Below, one piece after another: positions 18,915-27,846 of a stretch of DNA of 64,000 nt. Every line of letters begins with the position of its first letter. Positions within the stretch are counted from its first letter, which is position 1. The stretch spans positions 1-64,000 of the IMG/VR virus record IMGVR_UViG_3300025832_000005, one strand, 5' to 3'. The notes under the pieces were generated by a model. The model had not been told where the DNA came from and searched no databases. It worked only from the letters and a program-made list of their open reading frames with translations. This stretch comes from an uncultured virus (IMG/VR IMGVR_UViG_3300025832_000005). Lineage: Duplodnaviria; Heunggongvirae; Uroviricota; Caudoviricetes. Both the position numbers and the translations under genes were made by a program.

Positions 18915-19259
18915 TTACAAACACTCCATTGGATTGTGTTGATTTTCATCGTTCAGCAACCATTGCCAAAATTCAGCAACAGTTACCTGTGCAGTTGCAA
19001 TGTCGTTGCTTACTTGCTGTTCCAGCGTTGGCAAGTCAATAATATCCATAGTCATTTCTACTGTAGGTACCATACGCTTATTAAACTCTTCTTCTGTTAA
19101 GCGTTTACCATTTAACCACCAATACTTCTTACCACTACTATGCTCAATGGCTGGTCCATCTTCACGATGGAGTTCATCATTTAAGTAATAAAACTTAGAA
19201 CCATTAGCATCAACTTCGCATTTAATATAATCAGTCATTATGTAAAGTACTGGTGTCAT
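18915..19259 (-). CDS. HREDGPA-repeat-family phage protein
   Basis: YYLNDELHREDGPAIEHSSGKKYWWLNG motif. Confidence 0.7.
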   Translation of the reverse strand: MTPVLYIMTDYIKCEVDANGSKFYYLNDELHREDGPAIEHSSGKKYWWLNGKRLTEEEFNKRMVPTVEMTMDIIDLPTLEQQVSNDIATAQVTVAEFWQWLLNDENQHNPMECL

Positions 19260-19263
19260 TTGC

Positions 19264-19294
19264 GACTCCTTAGTTCAAGTAATGTGGACCAGTC
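19264..19294. repeat. 31-bp direct repeat, copy 2
   Basis: Identical to 18867..18897; covers the 3' end of the upstream gene plus an AAGGAG RBS. Confidence 0.95.
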
Positions 19295-19614
19295 CAAGCA
19301 ACACTGAATGAATCAGCAAAAATGTTACCACGTGCTTTGTTACGAGCAGGTGTATTGTAACCAGCCGCTTTCAAAATATCACCTTTTTGGAACAGTTTAT
19401 CATTATCAGTTTTAACAATAAAGCCCCAAACACCACCATCACGGACAAGTTTAATATATTTGCTGCCTTCTTTGATCTCAAAACTATTTTCAAAGTTAGC
19501 AAGTGTTTTACCAAAGTAACTATCTGGATCTGGCATACCACGTCCACCGGACATTACAAACTTAGTGTAATCTTCTTTAGCTTTTTGGATTAGTTTTTGA
19601 ATTTCATTTTGCAT
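19270..19614 (-). CDS. Conserved phage protein (GDILKAA...PA...ARGNI family)
   Basis: KYIKLV...VWGFI....GDILKAAGYNTPARNKARGNIF....WTGPHYL. Confidence 0.7.
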   Translation of the reverse strand: MQNEIQKLIQKAKEDYTKFVMSGGRGMPDPDSYFGKTLANFENSFEIKEGSKYIKLVRDGGVWGFIVKTDNDKLFQKGDILKAAGYNTPARNKARGNIFADSFSVAWTGPHYLN

Positions 19615-19652
19615 CTTGGTTCTCACTCCGTATTTGCTTAACTTATACATAT

Positions 19653-19681
19653 ACTATACAGTAAGACGTCTTGGTTGTCAA
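19653..19681 (-). promoter_or_regulatory. Sigma70-type early promoter with perfect AAGACGTCTT palindrome in spacer
   Basis: TTGACA-accaagacgtcttactg-TATAGT. Confidence 0.85.
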
Positions 19682-19689
19682 GCCCTAAT

Positions 19690-20010
19690 TTACTTTTTTT
19701 TCGGTTTTTTTCTTAATTTTCCGTCTTTAGTAAAGTAAGTTTCTCTAAGACTATTAAGACCACCTTCTACACGACTTGGATACTTGCCCAAGAAAGTGCC
19801 TGCTTCTAAGTCGCCCTTACTAATATGTTCTTTGTGGAAGTGTTCAATGTCGTCCCAAACAGCCAACATTGTCTTGCCCATTTCGTCAAAGAAGCCATCC
19901 GACAAAATAGCATCATCCTCTTTGTAGTAAGCATATGATGCCATGAGATACCAAGGCACCATCATGTTTATGTTTTCAGCAAACTTTTCTGCGGCATGAT
20001 CATCTAGCAT
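19690..20010 (-). CDS. Stand-alone protein resembling NAD-dependent DNA ligase domain Ia
   Basis: ASYAYYKEDDAILSDGFFD resembles LigA YY..D.P.ISD.EYD. Confidence 0.6.
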   Translation of the reverse strand: MLDDHAAEKFAENINMMVPWYLMASYAYYKEDDAILSDGFFDEMGKTMLAVWDDIEHFHKEHISKGDLEAGTFLGKYPSRVEGGLNSLRETYFTKDGKLRKKPKKK

Positions 20011-20122
20011 GTTTCCTATAGAACCTTTATATAGTGAGCATCTAAATCGTCACGATACTCTATTGCGTCACAAATGTCATTAAAGACTTTGCGAACTATT
20101 CTATCAGGAAAGAAGCCAGTAA

Positions 20123-20359
20123 TTATGTACATTTTATTCCAATATCTGATAACATTTTACGAGCATCGCTAACGTTTTCTTCAGCAGGCATTGTTAGCAT
20201 TTCGTCAAGTATCATTTCCTGAAGTGTGACTGCCATAAAAAAATCTTCTTTGCTGAGTGTGTTCATCCATTCCAACACATCATCAGTGGTATCACAAGTC
20301 CAAAGTTTATCTAGCATCTGGACTTGCTTATCATTTAATCCGTCGATTTGGATTTTCAT
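20123..20359 (-). CDS. Hypothetical protein
   Basis: ATGA-coupled ORF. Confidence 0.6.
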   Translation of the reverse strand: MKIQIDGLNDKQVQMLDKLWTCDTTDDVLEWMNTLSKEDFFMAVTLQEMILDEMLTMPAEENVSDARKMLSDIGIKCT

Positions 20360-20787
20360 GATCCCATCCAAAGTTCATATGATCCATCTTCACGAACTTC
20401 ACAATCTTCAATGAAGACATGCCAATCACCAAGTTGTTTTGCTTGTTGGTAACAAGACTCAGCAGCACGCCATATATCACGAACACTACCACTTGGAGCA
20501 AATGCGCTCACTTCAATTTCTTTAGCAGTGTTGTTTTGTAGTTCTTCAACAGTTGATGCTTGATCATAAAATCTATAGCAAATACGCTTAACACCCTCGT
20601 TGAAAATGTTTTGGTCAATATCTGAAAACTCCCACATGGACCATACAGTCTCATATCCTAGTTCAGTTTGCATGTCGTTCCAATACTCCATTGATAGTGT
20701 ATCAGCATCTACGTCTGTAAATACAACATCTTCCATTGCGATTGTTTCTGCGCTTACATCTTCAAATTTTACAGTTTGATCAAACAT
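20356..20787 (-). CDS. Hypothetical acidic protein
   Basis: GAGG RBS; follows an early promoter. Confidence 0.6.
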   Translation of the reverse strand: MFDQTVKFEDVSAETIAMEDVVFTDVDADTLSMEYWNDMQTELGYETVWSMWEFSDIDQNIFNEGVKRICYRFYDQASTVEELQNNTAKEIEVSAFAPSGSVRDIWRAAESCYQQAKQLGDWHVFIEDCEVREDGSYELWMGS

Positions 20788-20813
20788 ATTAATTTCCTCT
20801 TTGTTACCATTAT

Positions 20814-20842
20814 AATATAGCACCAAAACGTCTTGGTGTCAA
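20814..20842 (-). promoter_or_regulatory. Sigma70-type early promoter with palindromic spacer
   Basis: TTGACA-ccaagacgttttggtgc-TATATT; preceded by terminator-like hairpin 20846-20872. Confidence 0.8.
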
Positions 20843-20888
20843 CAGGAAAAGGCAAAAAAGTTTTCTGCCTTTTCAATAGTTTATAATT

Positions 20889-21329
20889 TTATACTGCTAT
20901 ACGTGGTGTCAGTGTATCGCCATTAATAACTGTCTTAATACTGTGGCAACGACTGCACAGTGTTTGTAAGTTTTCAGGCGCATTGTTCAAATGATTGCCA
21001 TCAATATGATCTACATGCAATACATAACGAATAATCTGATTGCGCATTTTAAGATCTTCTACTGCTTGAATCTGTTCATCGTTATATGGTGTGTAACCAC
21101 AACTTTCACAATGTGTCTCACGACTGTGGCTGTATACTTTTTTAGTAGTTGCCATACCGCCGTAATCAGATAAGTTTTTCTGATGTTCACGACACAGTGT
21201 ATCACTACCTGGTCCTTGGTATGCTGTTAAAAAGTTGTTACAGCCATCAATCGTGCAACGAGTCTTTCTTGCCTTCCGGAGAGATAACCCCTCCTTTAGC
21301 ATATCCATTTTGGGATCACGTAAACTCAT
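20889..21329 (-). CDS. HNH endonuclease with zinc-binding Cys pairs
   Basis: CESCG...LHVDHIDGNHLNNAPENLQTLCSRCH. Confidence 0.85.
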   Translation of the reverse strand: MSLRDPKMDMLKEGLSLRKARKTRCTIDGCNNFLTAYQGPGSDTLCREHQKNLSDYGGMATTKKVYSHSRETHCESCGYTPYNDEQIQAVEDLKMRNQIIRYVLHVDHIDGNHLNNAPENLQTLCSRCHSIKTVINGDTLTPRIAV

Positions 21330-21330
21330 A

Positions 21331-22548
21331 TTACACCCCCAATTCTTTTGCATTAAACTCGTATGCATACTTGCCAATAAACACTGGCAATTCGAATGGG
21401 AAGCCTGCAGCCTCTATTGCTTGACACAACCAAGTTGGCGCAACTTCTGTTTGGTTACAACGTGTATTGTAGTTCTCACGAATACGATAATGCTGACGCT
21501 TTAACCAACCCTGGTAAGCATCCATAATCATTTTGTGTTTCCGGTTGCGAGTTTGGTTATAGCCTTTTGCCCAAGTATTGTTTGTTACAACACCTAAGTA
21601 TTTTACAACAGCCTTAACATAATCATCATCAACTACAATGCCCTGTTGATCACAAGCACGGAAGATGTGTGCCATGTTGTCAATTTCTAGGGGTTCAACT
21701 GGCGCATCTGGATTGCTTAGTGTATGATACTGGAATACTCGACGTAGTACACTGCTTTTCCATTTGTTAACATCACGTCCTGTAGGGAAGATTTCTGAAG
21801 GACGGCTAATAGCACCTGGCTGTCCAGTGTCACCAAACTTGTTGTGTGTAAAGAAGCAATTAAACTCTTCCATTGCAGTTTGAATCTCTTCAAAACGCAT
21901 TGACCAAGGATCAGTATCTCCGTTGTTACGTACTGCCCATACATACTGCATGTACAAGTCAATCTTGTCAAGAGGTTTAGTCATTGTGTTGTCGTGTACA
22001 CCAATAAAACGTTGGCGTAGTTTAGCAACTCGCTTGCCTGGATAGATAGCAACTGGTACTTCAAGTTCCATTGCTTCTTCCCATGACATGCCAAATGCAT
22101 ACATAGCTAAACAAATTAGTGTATATGTTGTGTGTGCACCATCCCAAATAAGATACTTGTCATTTTGTTCACTAGGGTAGATACGGATGATGTTTACAAA
22201 GAACGGGTCAAATTTGCCGAGAATATCTACAATCCAGTCAATGTCTGTTTCTCGCTGGATAGTAGCATTAATTAGTAGTTGCCCAAGTGTAATACGGTCC
22301 TTTTTGTTAGGAGCCATCTGTACCATATCTGGGTACATGTCTGTAAACTTTTCATATTGGGGGTAACGATCCCGGAATTCTTGTAACATTCCTGTTAGCC
22401 ATTCAGCTAAATCTGGATCTTTTGCCATTAGTGATTCTGTGAATCGTTTTTCTAATGTTAGGATGTCATCTTTGTCTGTATTAAACTTGTCGTTGACACC
22501 TGCGGCGTATGTCGCATTTTCTGTGCGTGTTGATTGCATAAATTGCAT
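21331..22548 (-). CDS. ParB/Srx-fold-like protein
   Basis: IQRE....V..I...FDP and YLIWDGAHT (QR...DGxH) motifs. Confidence 0.55.
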   Translation of the reverse strand: MQFMQSTRTENATYAAGVNDKFNTDKDDILTLEKRFTESLMAKDPDLAEWLTGMLQEFRDRYPQYEKFTDMYPDMVQMAPNKKDRITLGQLLINATIQRETDIDWIVDILGKFDPFFVNIIRIYPSEQNDKYLIWDGAHTTYTLICLAMYAFGMSWEEAMELEVPVAIYPGKRVAKLRQRFIGVHDNTMTKPLDKIDLYMQYVWAVRNNGDTDPWSMRFEEIQTAMEEFNCFFTHNKFGDTGQPGAISRPSEIFPTGRDVNKWKSSVLRRVFQYHTLSNPDAPVEPLEIDNMAHIFRACDQQGIVVDDDYVKAVVKYLGVVTNNTWAKGYNQTRNRKHKMIMDAYQGWLKRQHYRIRENYNTRCNQTEVAPTWLCQAIEAAGFPFELPVFIGKYAYEFNAKELGV

Positions 22549-22667
22549 AGTTAGTATATCCTTTTACGGTTTATGTTATATTGCTCTGGAATGAGCATCT
22601 GTAACTATCATTAGCTACAATTACAATATACGATATAAAGGATTAGTTGTCAACCGGTTTTTTAAGA

Positions 22668-23210
22668 TTAATCGAAGATTTTTCTAAATTTTTTGGCACC
22701 TTTAGATACATTTTGCTTCCAGGCTTTACCTGGATCTAAGTCATTATTTGTATCGCTGATATATTTAAAACAATAAAACTCTGGAATACCAAAGTGTTCA
22801 CACACTCTGCCAATGGCATATGCTTCCATGTCTACAATATGATATGGTAAATTTGGTCTAGCAAAGCTATCACCAGTACCACATATAATACTTGTTTGAC
22901 GATTACTAGTGTAAAAATGTTGTTCTTGATCTTTTTCAGTTACATATAACGGAAGTCCAAGCGCCGTGATATCCATATCTCGTTCTATTAAACTACATAC
23001 TCCTAGTAGCTCGCCTGCTACACTATCATCACTAGCACCTGCTGTTCCATAATTATAAACAGCCGTAACATGTGGATTAGCAGTCAAGTATTGTGTTACT
23101 GCTAGCGTAGCGTTAACTTTACCGATACCAGTATACACAACGTTAAAACCTTTGGGAGCCATTTTGCGAGGAAATTCTTCAGCTAGGGCAACAAAGATTA
23201 CTTTATTCAT
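22668..23210 (-). CDS. Nucleoside phosphorylase / MTA-SAH nucleosidase family protein
   Basis: TGIGKVNA, NYGTAG, TGDSF, VDMEAYA, KYISD. Confidence 0.85.
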   Translation of the reverse strand: MNKVIFVALAEEFPRKMAPKGFNVVYTGIGKVNATLAVTQYLTANPHVTAVYNYGTAGASDDSVAGELLGVCSLIERDMDITALGLPLYVTEKDQEQHFYTSNRQTSIICGTGDSFARPNLPYHIVDMEAYAIGRVCEHFGIPEFYCFKYISDTNNDLDPGKAWKQNVSKGAKKFRKIFD

Positions 23211-24121
23211 ATCATTTGCAGTTCAATTAATGTAGCACTCAGATTAATTTCAACATCTGCTACACTCATATGTTTAACTAGTCCATTACGAATAACAATA
23301 ACAGCTTCATCTTGTTTATCTGGAGTGTCACCAAACCAGTCTATATTCTCATATAGCTTTCTAAAGATGCCTTCGTAGTCAGTTGGTCTAGCATTAGCAA
23401 TAATTAATTTACGGGCACTGCGTATATCGCCACTCTTAAACAAGTCTACCATTTTAATTAACCAAGCACTGTCGTCACCACCTTCTTCAGGCTGTGTTAG
23501 TACACCATCCATAACATTTGATTGTAGGTTATTGATAGTTTTACGCATGTCTGGCTGTGTAGCTACAACAAACGATCCCAACATATAAGGATCATATGTA
23601 ACACCTTCAGCATCAAGTATGGTTACCATGCGATTAAAAAACTCTGTCTCGTCTTGTTTCTGGATCTGAAATACTTGACAACGACTTTTAAGTGCTGGAA
23701 TAATTTTATTATCATAATTACATGTAAGTATAAAACGTACACTCTGATGGTTTTGTTCCATTACACCACGTAACGCCGCTTGTGCTTCTGGAGACAAGTA
23801 ATCAGCCTCGTCTAGTAGTACAACCTTAAAGTCTCCCCAAGGCATTGTATCACCAAAGTTAGTAATCTTGTTGCGTACATATTCAATACCGTTATCACGA
23901 CTAGCGTTGATATACAATACATCTGCTGGTTGTACACCTAGTTCATTAATAAGGACTTTTGCTAGTGTAGTTTTACCTGTACCAGCACTTCCAGCAAACA
24001 TTAAATGTGGAATACTTTTGTCAGTTACCCAACCATTAATAAGATTCTTTTGACCATCATTCTTGAATACATATTCAGACAAAGTCTTGGGACGATACTT
24101 TTCTACCCATAATTCTTTCAT
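23207..24121 (-). CDS. Clamp loader AAA+ subunit (T4 gp44 / RFC-like)
   Basis: LWVEKYRP, GSAGTGKT, LDEAD, SRC motif. Confidence 0.92.
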   Translation of the reverse strand: MKELWVEKYRPKTLSEYVFKNDGQKNLINGWVTDKSIPHLMFAGSAGTGKTTLAKVLINELGVQPADVLYINASRDNGIEYVRNKITNFGDTMPWGDFKVVLLDEADYLSPEAQAALRGVMEQNHQSVRFILTCNYDNKIIPALKSRCQVFQIQKQDETEFFNRMVTILDAEGVTYDPYMLGSFVVATQPDMRKTINNLQSNVMDGVLTQPEEGGDDSAWLIKMVDLFKSGDIRSARKLIIANARPTDYEGIFRKLYENIDWFGDTPDKQDEAVIVIRNGLVKHMSVADVEINLSATLIELQMI

Positions 24122-24352
24122 TTACTTTTCCACTTTTTCTTTTACTATAACATTATTTTTAGGTTTGTCGAGCGTAAAATACGACCCGTCTATATTATGT
24201 GTGCCACTGTTACTAAATGCCCATTGAAAACATTTCCACCTGGTGTAGTATCTAGGATATCCATACAATCTCAGACCTTCAGCACGTAAATGTACATACC
24301 AAAGTTTAAAATTATTATATCTCTTCTTCAAGTTTAATACTTCCTTTAGCAC
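24122..24352 (-). CDS. Hypothetical protein
   Basis: 76-aa ORF abutting clamp loader. Confidence 0.4.
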   Translation of the reverse strand: MLKEVLNLKKRYNNFKLWYVHLRAEGLRLYGYPRYYTRWKCFQWAFSNSGTHNIDGSYFTLDKPKNNVIVKEKVEK

Positions 24353-24477
24353 CGCACTTTGGACAATACCAATGTCCTCTGTCGATTTTAAACTTCTTTT
24401 GCATCACTGCGTAACTAAAGTAACACTTGCAATGATTACAAGTAATATGAAAGATGTATTCTAAATGTGCGCTAAAA

Positions 24478-24711
24478 CTACTCATTTTGTTTTATTGCCT
24501 TTATAATTATTGCCGCTGGAAATACTTTTAGTAATATATCAATTGCTCTATTATCATTTAACGCATCAACAATCGCTGTACCGTATTGTCCATCTATTTC
24601 AATTTGACAGTTATCAGATTTAGTTTTATTCATATGTAGTATTTTATCTTCAGGTAGTTCAAACAGTACTTTAAATTCAAACCCTGTTGGAAAATCTATA
24701 ATATTACTCAT
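24478..24711 (-). CDS. Hypothetical protein
   Basis: 77 aa, NIIDFP N-terminus. Confidence 0.55.
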   Translation of the reverse strand: MSNIIDFPTGFEFKVLFELPEDKILHMNKTKSDNCQIEIDGQYGTAIVDALNDNRAIDILLKVFPAAIIIKAIKQNE

Positions 24712-24713
24712 AT

Positions 24714-25037
24714 CTATTCAATGTTACTAACATCTCCATGATACACACCCATGATATCTTTGGCGTCTAGTGCGTATAGTTTTCTATTATCAGTATCGTC
24801 GACATTAAATCCACGACTCCAACGTCCGTGTGCTACACAGACAATATCACCTTTTTTAACATCGTTAGCAACTTCTGTTCTACTACCAACATCATGTACT
24901 TCAAAGTATCTTGATTTAATACCACGAGTTTCACCATCATCATTCAAGATAATTAGTCCACTATTAAGTGTATGTTGTCCTGGAGGGTTTACAAAAAATC
25001 CTAATACACTTGTTGCTGTTGCTCTTACTTGTCTCAT
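24714..25037 (-). CDS. GroES-like co-chaperonin
   Basis: T.NSGLII mobile-loop-like segment, V..VG....VKKGD.V, C-terminal KDIMGV. Confidence 0.65.
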   Translation of the reverse strand: MRQVRATATSVLGFFVNPPGQHTLNSGLIILNDDGETRGIKSRYFEVHDVGSRTEVANDVKKGDIVCVAHGRWSRGFNVDDTDNRKLYALDAKDIMGVYHGDVSNIE

Positions 25038-25436
25038 TTATTCCTCATCTAATTCTAATGTTTCAATTGAACCGTCATCGTATTCAATCTCTGCGTATTT
25101 TGAACCATCATCTCTTGTTCTAGTAATTTTACTTACTGCTTCTGGTTCAGGTTCTACTACTGGTTCTAGTACTGTTTCTTCTACTGGCGCTGGCTCTGGC
25201 GCTGGAGTAGACATAATTGGTTTTGGATCACTAATTGGTGTTGTTGTAGCTGGTGTCCGTTGGGCCGCATCTGCTTGAGCAATCTCCTGAGCAGTATACT
25301 TTACAGTACCGTCACTATTTAATCTATCACCTCTGGCATTCATTAATACGTTGCCAACTGATCTAGCAGTCTCATTTTTTGCGGCAAGAGCAGCCATGTC
25401 AATCATTCTACCTCTTGCAGTTTTTACACTTCTCAT
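25038..25436 (-). CDS. Conserved jumbo-phage hypothetical protein
   Basis: TARGRMIDM..L...NE...VGN..MNARGD; Pro/Glu-rich linker. Confidence 0.65.
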   Translation of the reverse strand: MRSVKTARGRMIDMAALAAKNETARSVGNVLMNARGDRLNSDGTVKYTAQEIAQADAAQRTPATTTPISDPKPIMSTPAPEPAPVEETVLEPVVEPEPEAVSKITRTRDDGSKYAEIEYDDGSIETLELDEE

Positions 25437-25945
25437 CTAAAGAATTCCCTATAATCTAAGTTGTATTTAATACTATCTATCTTGTGTACACCAAGAAGAT
25501 ATAACACATAACTAGCAACACTTGATCCACGTCCTACACCCATTACAACATCGTTTTCACGCATTAACTCAACAAAATACATCATATACTGTAATAGTGA
25601 CAGCAACCCACGTTCTTCAAACTCTGTAAGTTCTGTAACAACACGTTGATACTCAGCTTCATTTTTTGTTTTACTTAGTAAGTGATCAATTATGTTAATT
25701 TTTTTGTATTCGTCAGGCATAAACCAATTATCAACTAGCTCTTTATTATACTTATCTAATCCATTATTTGGCAATTCTACGTTTATGTTTTCATCAATTA
25801 GAAACAAACTACAAAACTGATTGTATCTATCAACACTTACTGTATTTTCCATTGTCACCGTGTGTACTTGTTTACCCTGTAGAAATAATTCTACAAGTTT
25901 ATCTTCATTAATAATGATTTCGTTATCGCTATTCAACATCGCCAA
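25433..25945 (-). CDS. DNA polymerase III alpha (DnaE) fragment
   Basis: RVVTEL..F...G...YMMY.V..MREND..MGVGRGSSVASYVLYLLGVHKID.IKY.L...EFF; ends before the PDID catalytic motif. Confidence 0.85.
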   Translation of the reverse strand: MAMLNSDNEIIINEDKLVELFLQGKQVHTVTMENTVSVDRYNQFCSLFLIDENINVELPNNGLDKYNKELVDNWFMPDEYKKINIIDHLLSKTKNEAEYQRVVTELTEFEERGLLSLLQYMMYFVELMRENDVVMGVGRGSSVASYVLYLLGVHKIDSIKYNLDYREFFR

Positions 25946-26189
25946 TATTCATTACATTGTCAGCATCGGGATCTCTGCCATCTTCAACAGCACGTTCACG
26001 TTTCAACTTTTCAGCATCACTTGCTATTCGAGATTGATACTCAACCATTAATACATCCAACATATTTTGCATTTGTCCAATTATACCTGGACTCATGCCA
26101 CTTTGATGTGCTTGCGCTACTTTACGCTTTAGCTCAATTTGTTTTTCCAGCATCTGATCAACAGTCATGCCGTCATAATTTACAAACAT
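25929..26189 (-). CDS. Hypothetical coiled-coil protein
   Basis: 86-aa ORF, TAATG-coupled. Confidence 0.6.
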   Translation of the reverse strand: MFVNYDGMTVDQMLEKQIELKRKVAQAHQSGMSPGIIGQMQNMLDVLMVEYQSRIASDAEKLKRERAVEDGRDPDADNVMNIGDVE

Positions 26190-26944
26190 TAGTCTCTCCT
26201 TATACTTTTATTATACTCTACAGCATTACGGATCAAAGTCAAGTCTGTATTATACTTTTCACCTGTTTTAATAATGGCGCTTGTGTCTTTAGGAAAACAA
26301 TGACCACCAAAACCACGCTGTTCTGTTACTTCTGTGTGACTACTACCTATGCGAGTATCTTCACCTACAAGATGTAGTACCATGTTTGCGTTTACACCAG
26401 TTGCCTCGCATAGATCGTGTATCTGATTAAAGAAGGATACCTTAGTTGCTAAGTACGCATTACGGAAACATTTTGTTAATATGAGTTCTTCCACATCAAC
26501 ATGTATCGTAGTAAATTTATCATCTTTAAATGCTATAGAGAACAATGTGTGCCAGAATGATTTTCTATCACCGCCCATGTAAATCTCTCTAGTATTATAG
26601 AAGTCTTCGTCAGCAGTTGCGGCACGTAAGAACTCTGGACTAAACGCAATTAAATGATTAGGATACATAAACTTAATTTTACGCCAACCTTCTAAACTTA
26701 GTGTACTTTTAATTAAGATTGGTGTCATTTCAGATAACAGACTAATCACATCACAAACATTACTTACATCACAACTGCCATCATCAGCAGGAGGTGTACT
26801 TACACTAATGATACACGCATCCACTGGATTATCTGTCCATGGATAATTTTTATGTGGATCATATATTCTAACTGAGTGTGTTTCACTCAATAGTTTTTTA
26901 TGAGCATGTCCTACAAATCCGTAGCCTGCGATTAAAATGTTCAT
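26189..26944 (-). CDS. UDP-glucose/GDP-mannose dehydrogenase family protein (lacks C-terminal domain)
   Basis: GYGFVG Rossmann, IKST, SPEFLR, NAYLATKVSFFN, GFGGHCFPKD. Confidence 0.85.
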   Translation of the reverse strand: MNILIAGYGFVGHAHKKLLSETHSVRIYDPHKNYPWTDNPVDACIISVSTPPADDGSCDVSNVCDVISLLSEMTPILIKSTLSLEGWRKIKFMYPNHLIAFSPEFLRAATADEDFYNTREIYMGGDRKSFWHTLFSIAFKDDKFTTIHVDVEELILTKCFRNAYLATKVSFFNQIHDLCEATGVNANMVLHLVGEDTRIGSSHTEVTEQRGFGGHCFPKDTSAIIKTGEKYNTDLTLIRNAVEYNKSIRRD

Positions 26945-26990
26945 AGATTCTCCTAATATTTAACTAACAGTATATACACTTTTTTGGCAT

Positions 26991-27785
26991 TTGTCAATAA
27001 ATATTTGTAGTGAGAGGGAAACTATTATGATTACAGACATGAATTTTGAACAACGTAGTCTACTATTTGCTAAACTAGCAAGTATAGCATACAGTGATGA
27101 TACAAAACAAGTTAAAAAAGATGCAAAAGCATTAGGTTTTACTACTATAGAATTTTACAACAATGGCGGTGCTCAAGCATATCGCTTTATGAACAAAGCA
27201 GACATTGTTATCGCTTGTCGTGGAACACAACCAAATGAGTTTAACGATATTAAAGCAGACTTAAAAGCAGCTCCAGTAATGGCAGAAACTGTTGGCCGTG
27301 TACACGTTGGCTTTAAAACAGAAGTAGACGAACTATGGCCAATGGTTATGGAAGATTTACGTGAGTGTGGTAAGAAACGTACAGCATGGTTTTGTGGACA
27401 CAGTTTAGGTGCCGCAATGACAACTATTATGGCTAGCCGTTGTGAAGACGATCCACTTATGCCAAACATTGCTGAAGTGTATACATACGGATCACCACGT
27501 ACAGGTTGGAGAAAGTTTATCAAGAGTTTAAACTGTAAACACCAACGTTGGGTTAATAACAATGATATTGTTACCCGTGTACCACTTGCTATTATGGGTT
27601 ACAAACATGATGGTTGTGAACACTACATAGATTCAAATGGCGACTATAAGCCAAATCTTAAAGGAACCCGCCGTGTTAAAGATCGCTGGCGTGGAATGTG
27701 GATGGGCCTAAAGCAAGGCGGTATCGATAACTTTAGTGACCACAGTATGACAAATTATATTGCTAACTTAGAAAAGTTACAGTAA
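26991..27785 (+). CDS. Lipase class 3 family protein
   Basis: ACRGT, VHVGF, GHSLG nucleophile, YTYGSPR, NNNDIVTRVP, DH. Confidence 0.88.
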   Translation: MSINICSERETIMITDMNFEQRSLLFAKLASIAYSDDTKQVKKDAKALGFTTIEFYNNGGAQAYRFMNKADIVIACRGTQPNEFNDIKADLKAAPVMAETVGRVHVGFKTEVDELWPMVMEDLRECGKKRTAWFCGHSLGAAMTTIMASRCEDDPLMPNIAEVYTYGSPRTGWRKFIKSLNCKHQRWVNNNDIVTRVPLAIMGYKHDGCEHYIDSNGDYKPNLKGTRRVKDRWRGMWMGLKQGGIDNFSDHSMTNYIANLEKLQ

Positions 27786-27788
27786 GTC

Positions 27789-27820
27789 AAAAAAATAGGG
27801 CGGGATTAAATCCGCCCTAT
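27789..27820. terminator. Terminator between convergent genes
   Basis: ATAGGGCGG/CCGCCCTAT stem with adjacent A-run. Confidence 0.75.
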
Positions 27821-27846
27821 CTTAATTTAGTTTATGTTGTTAATTA

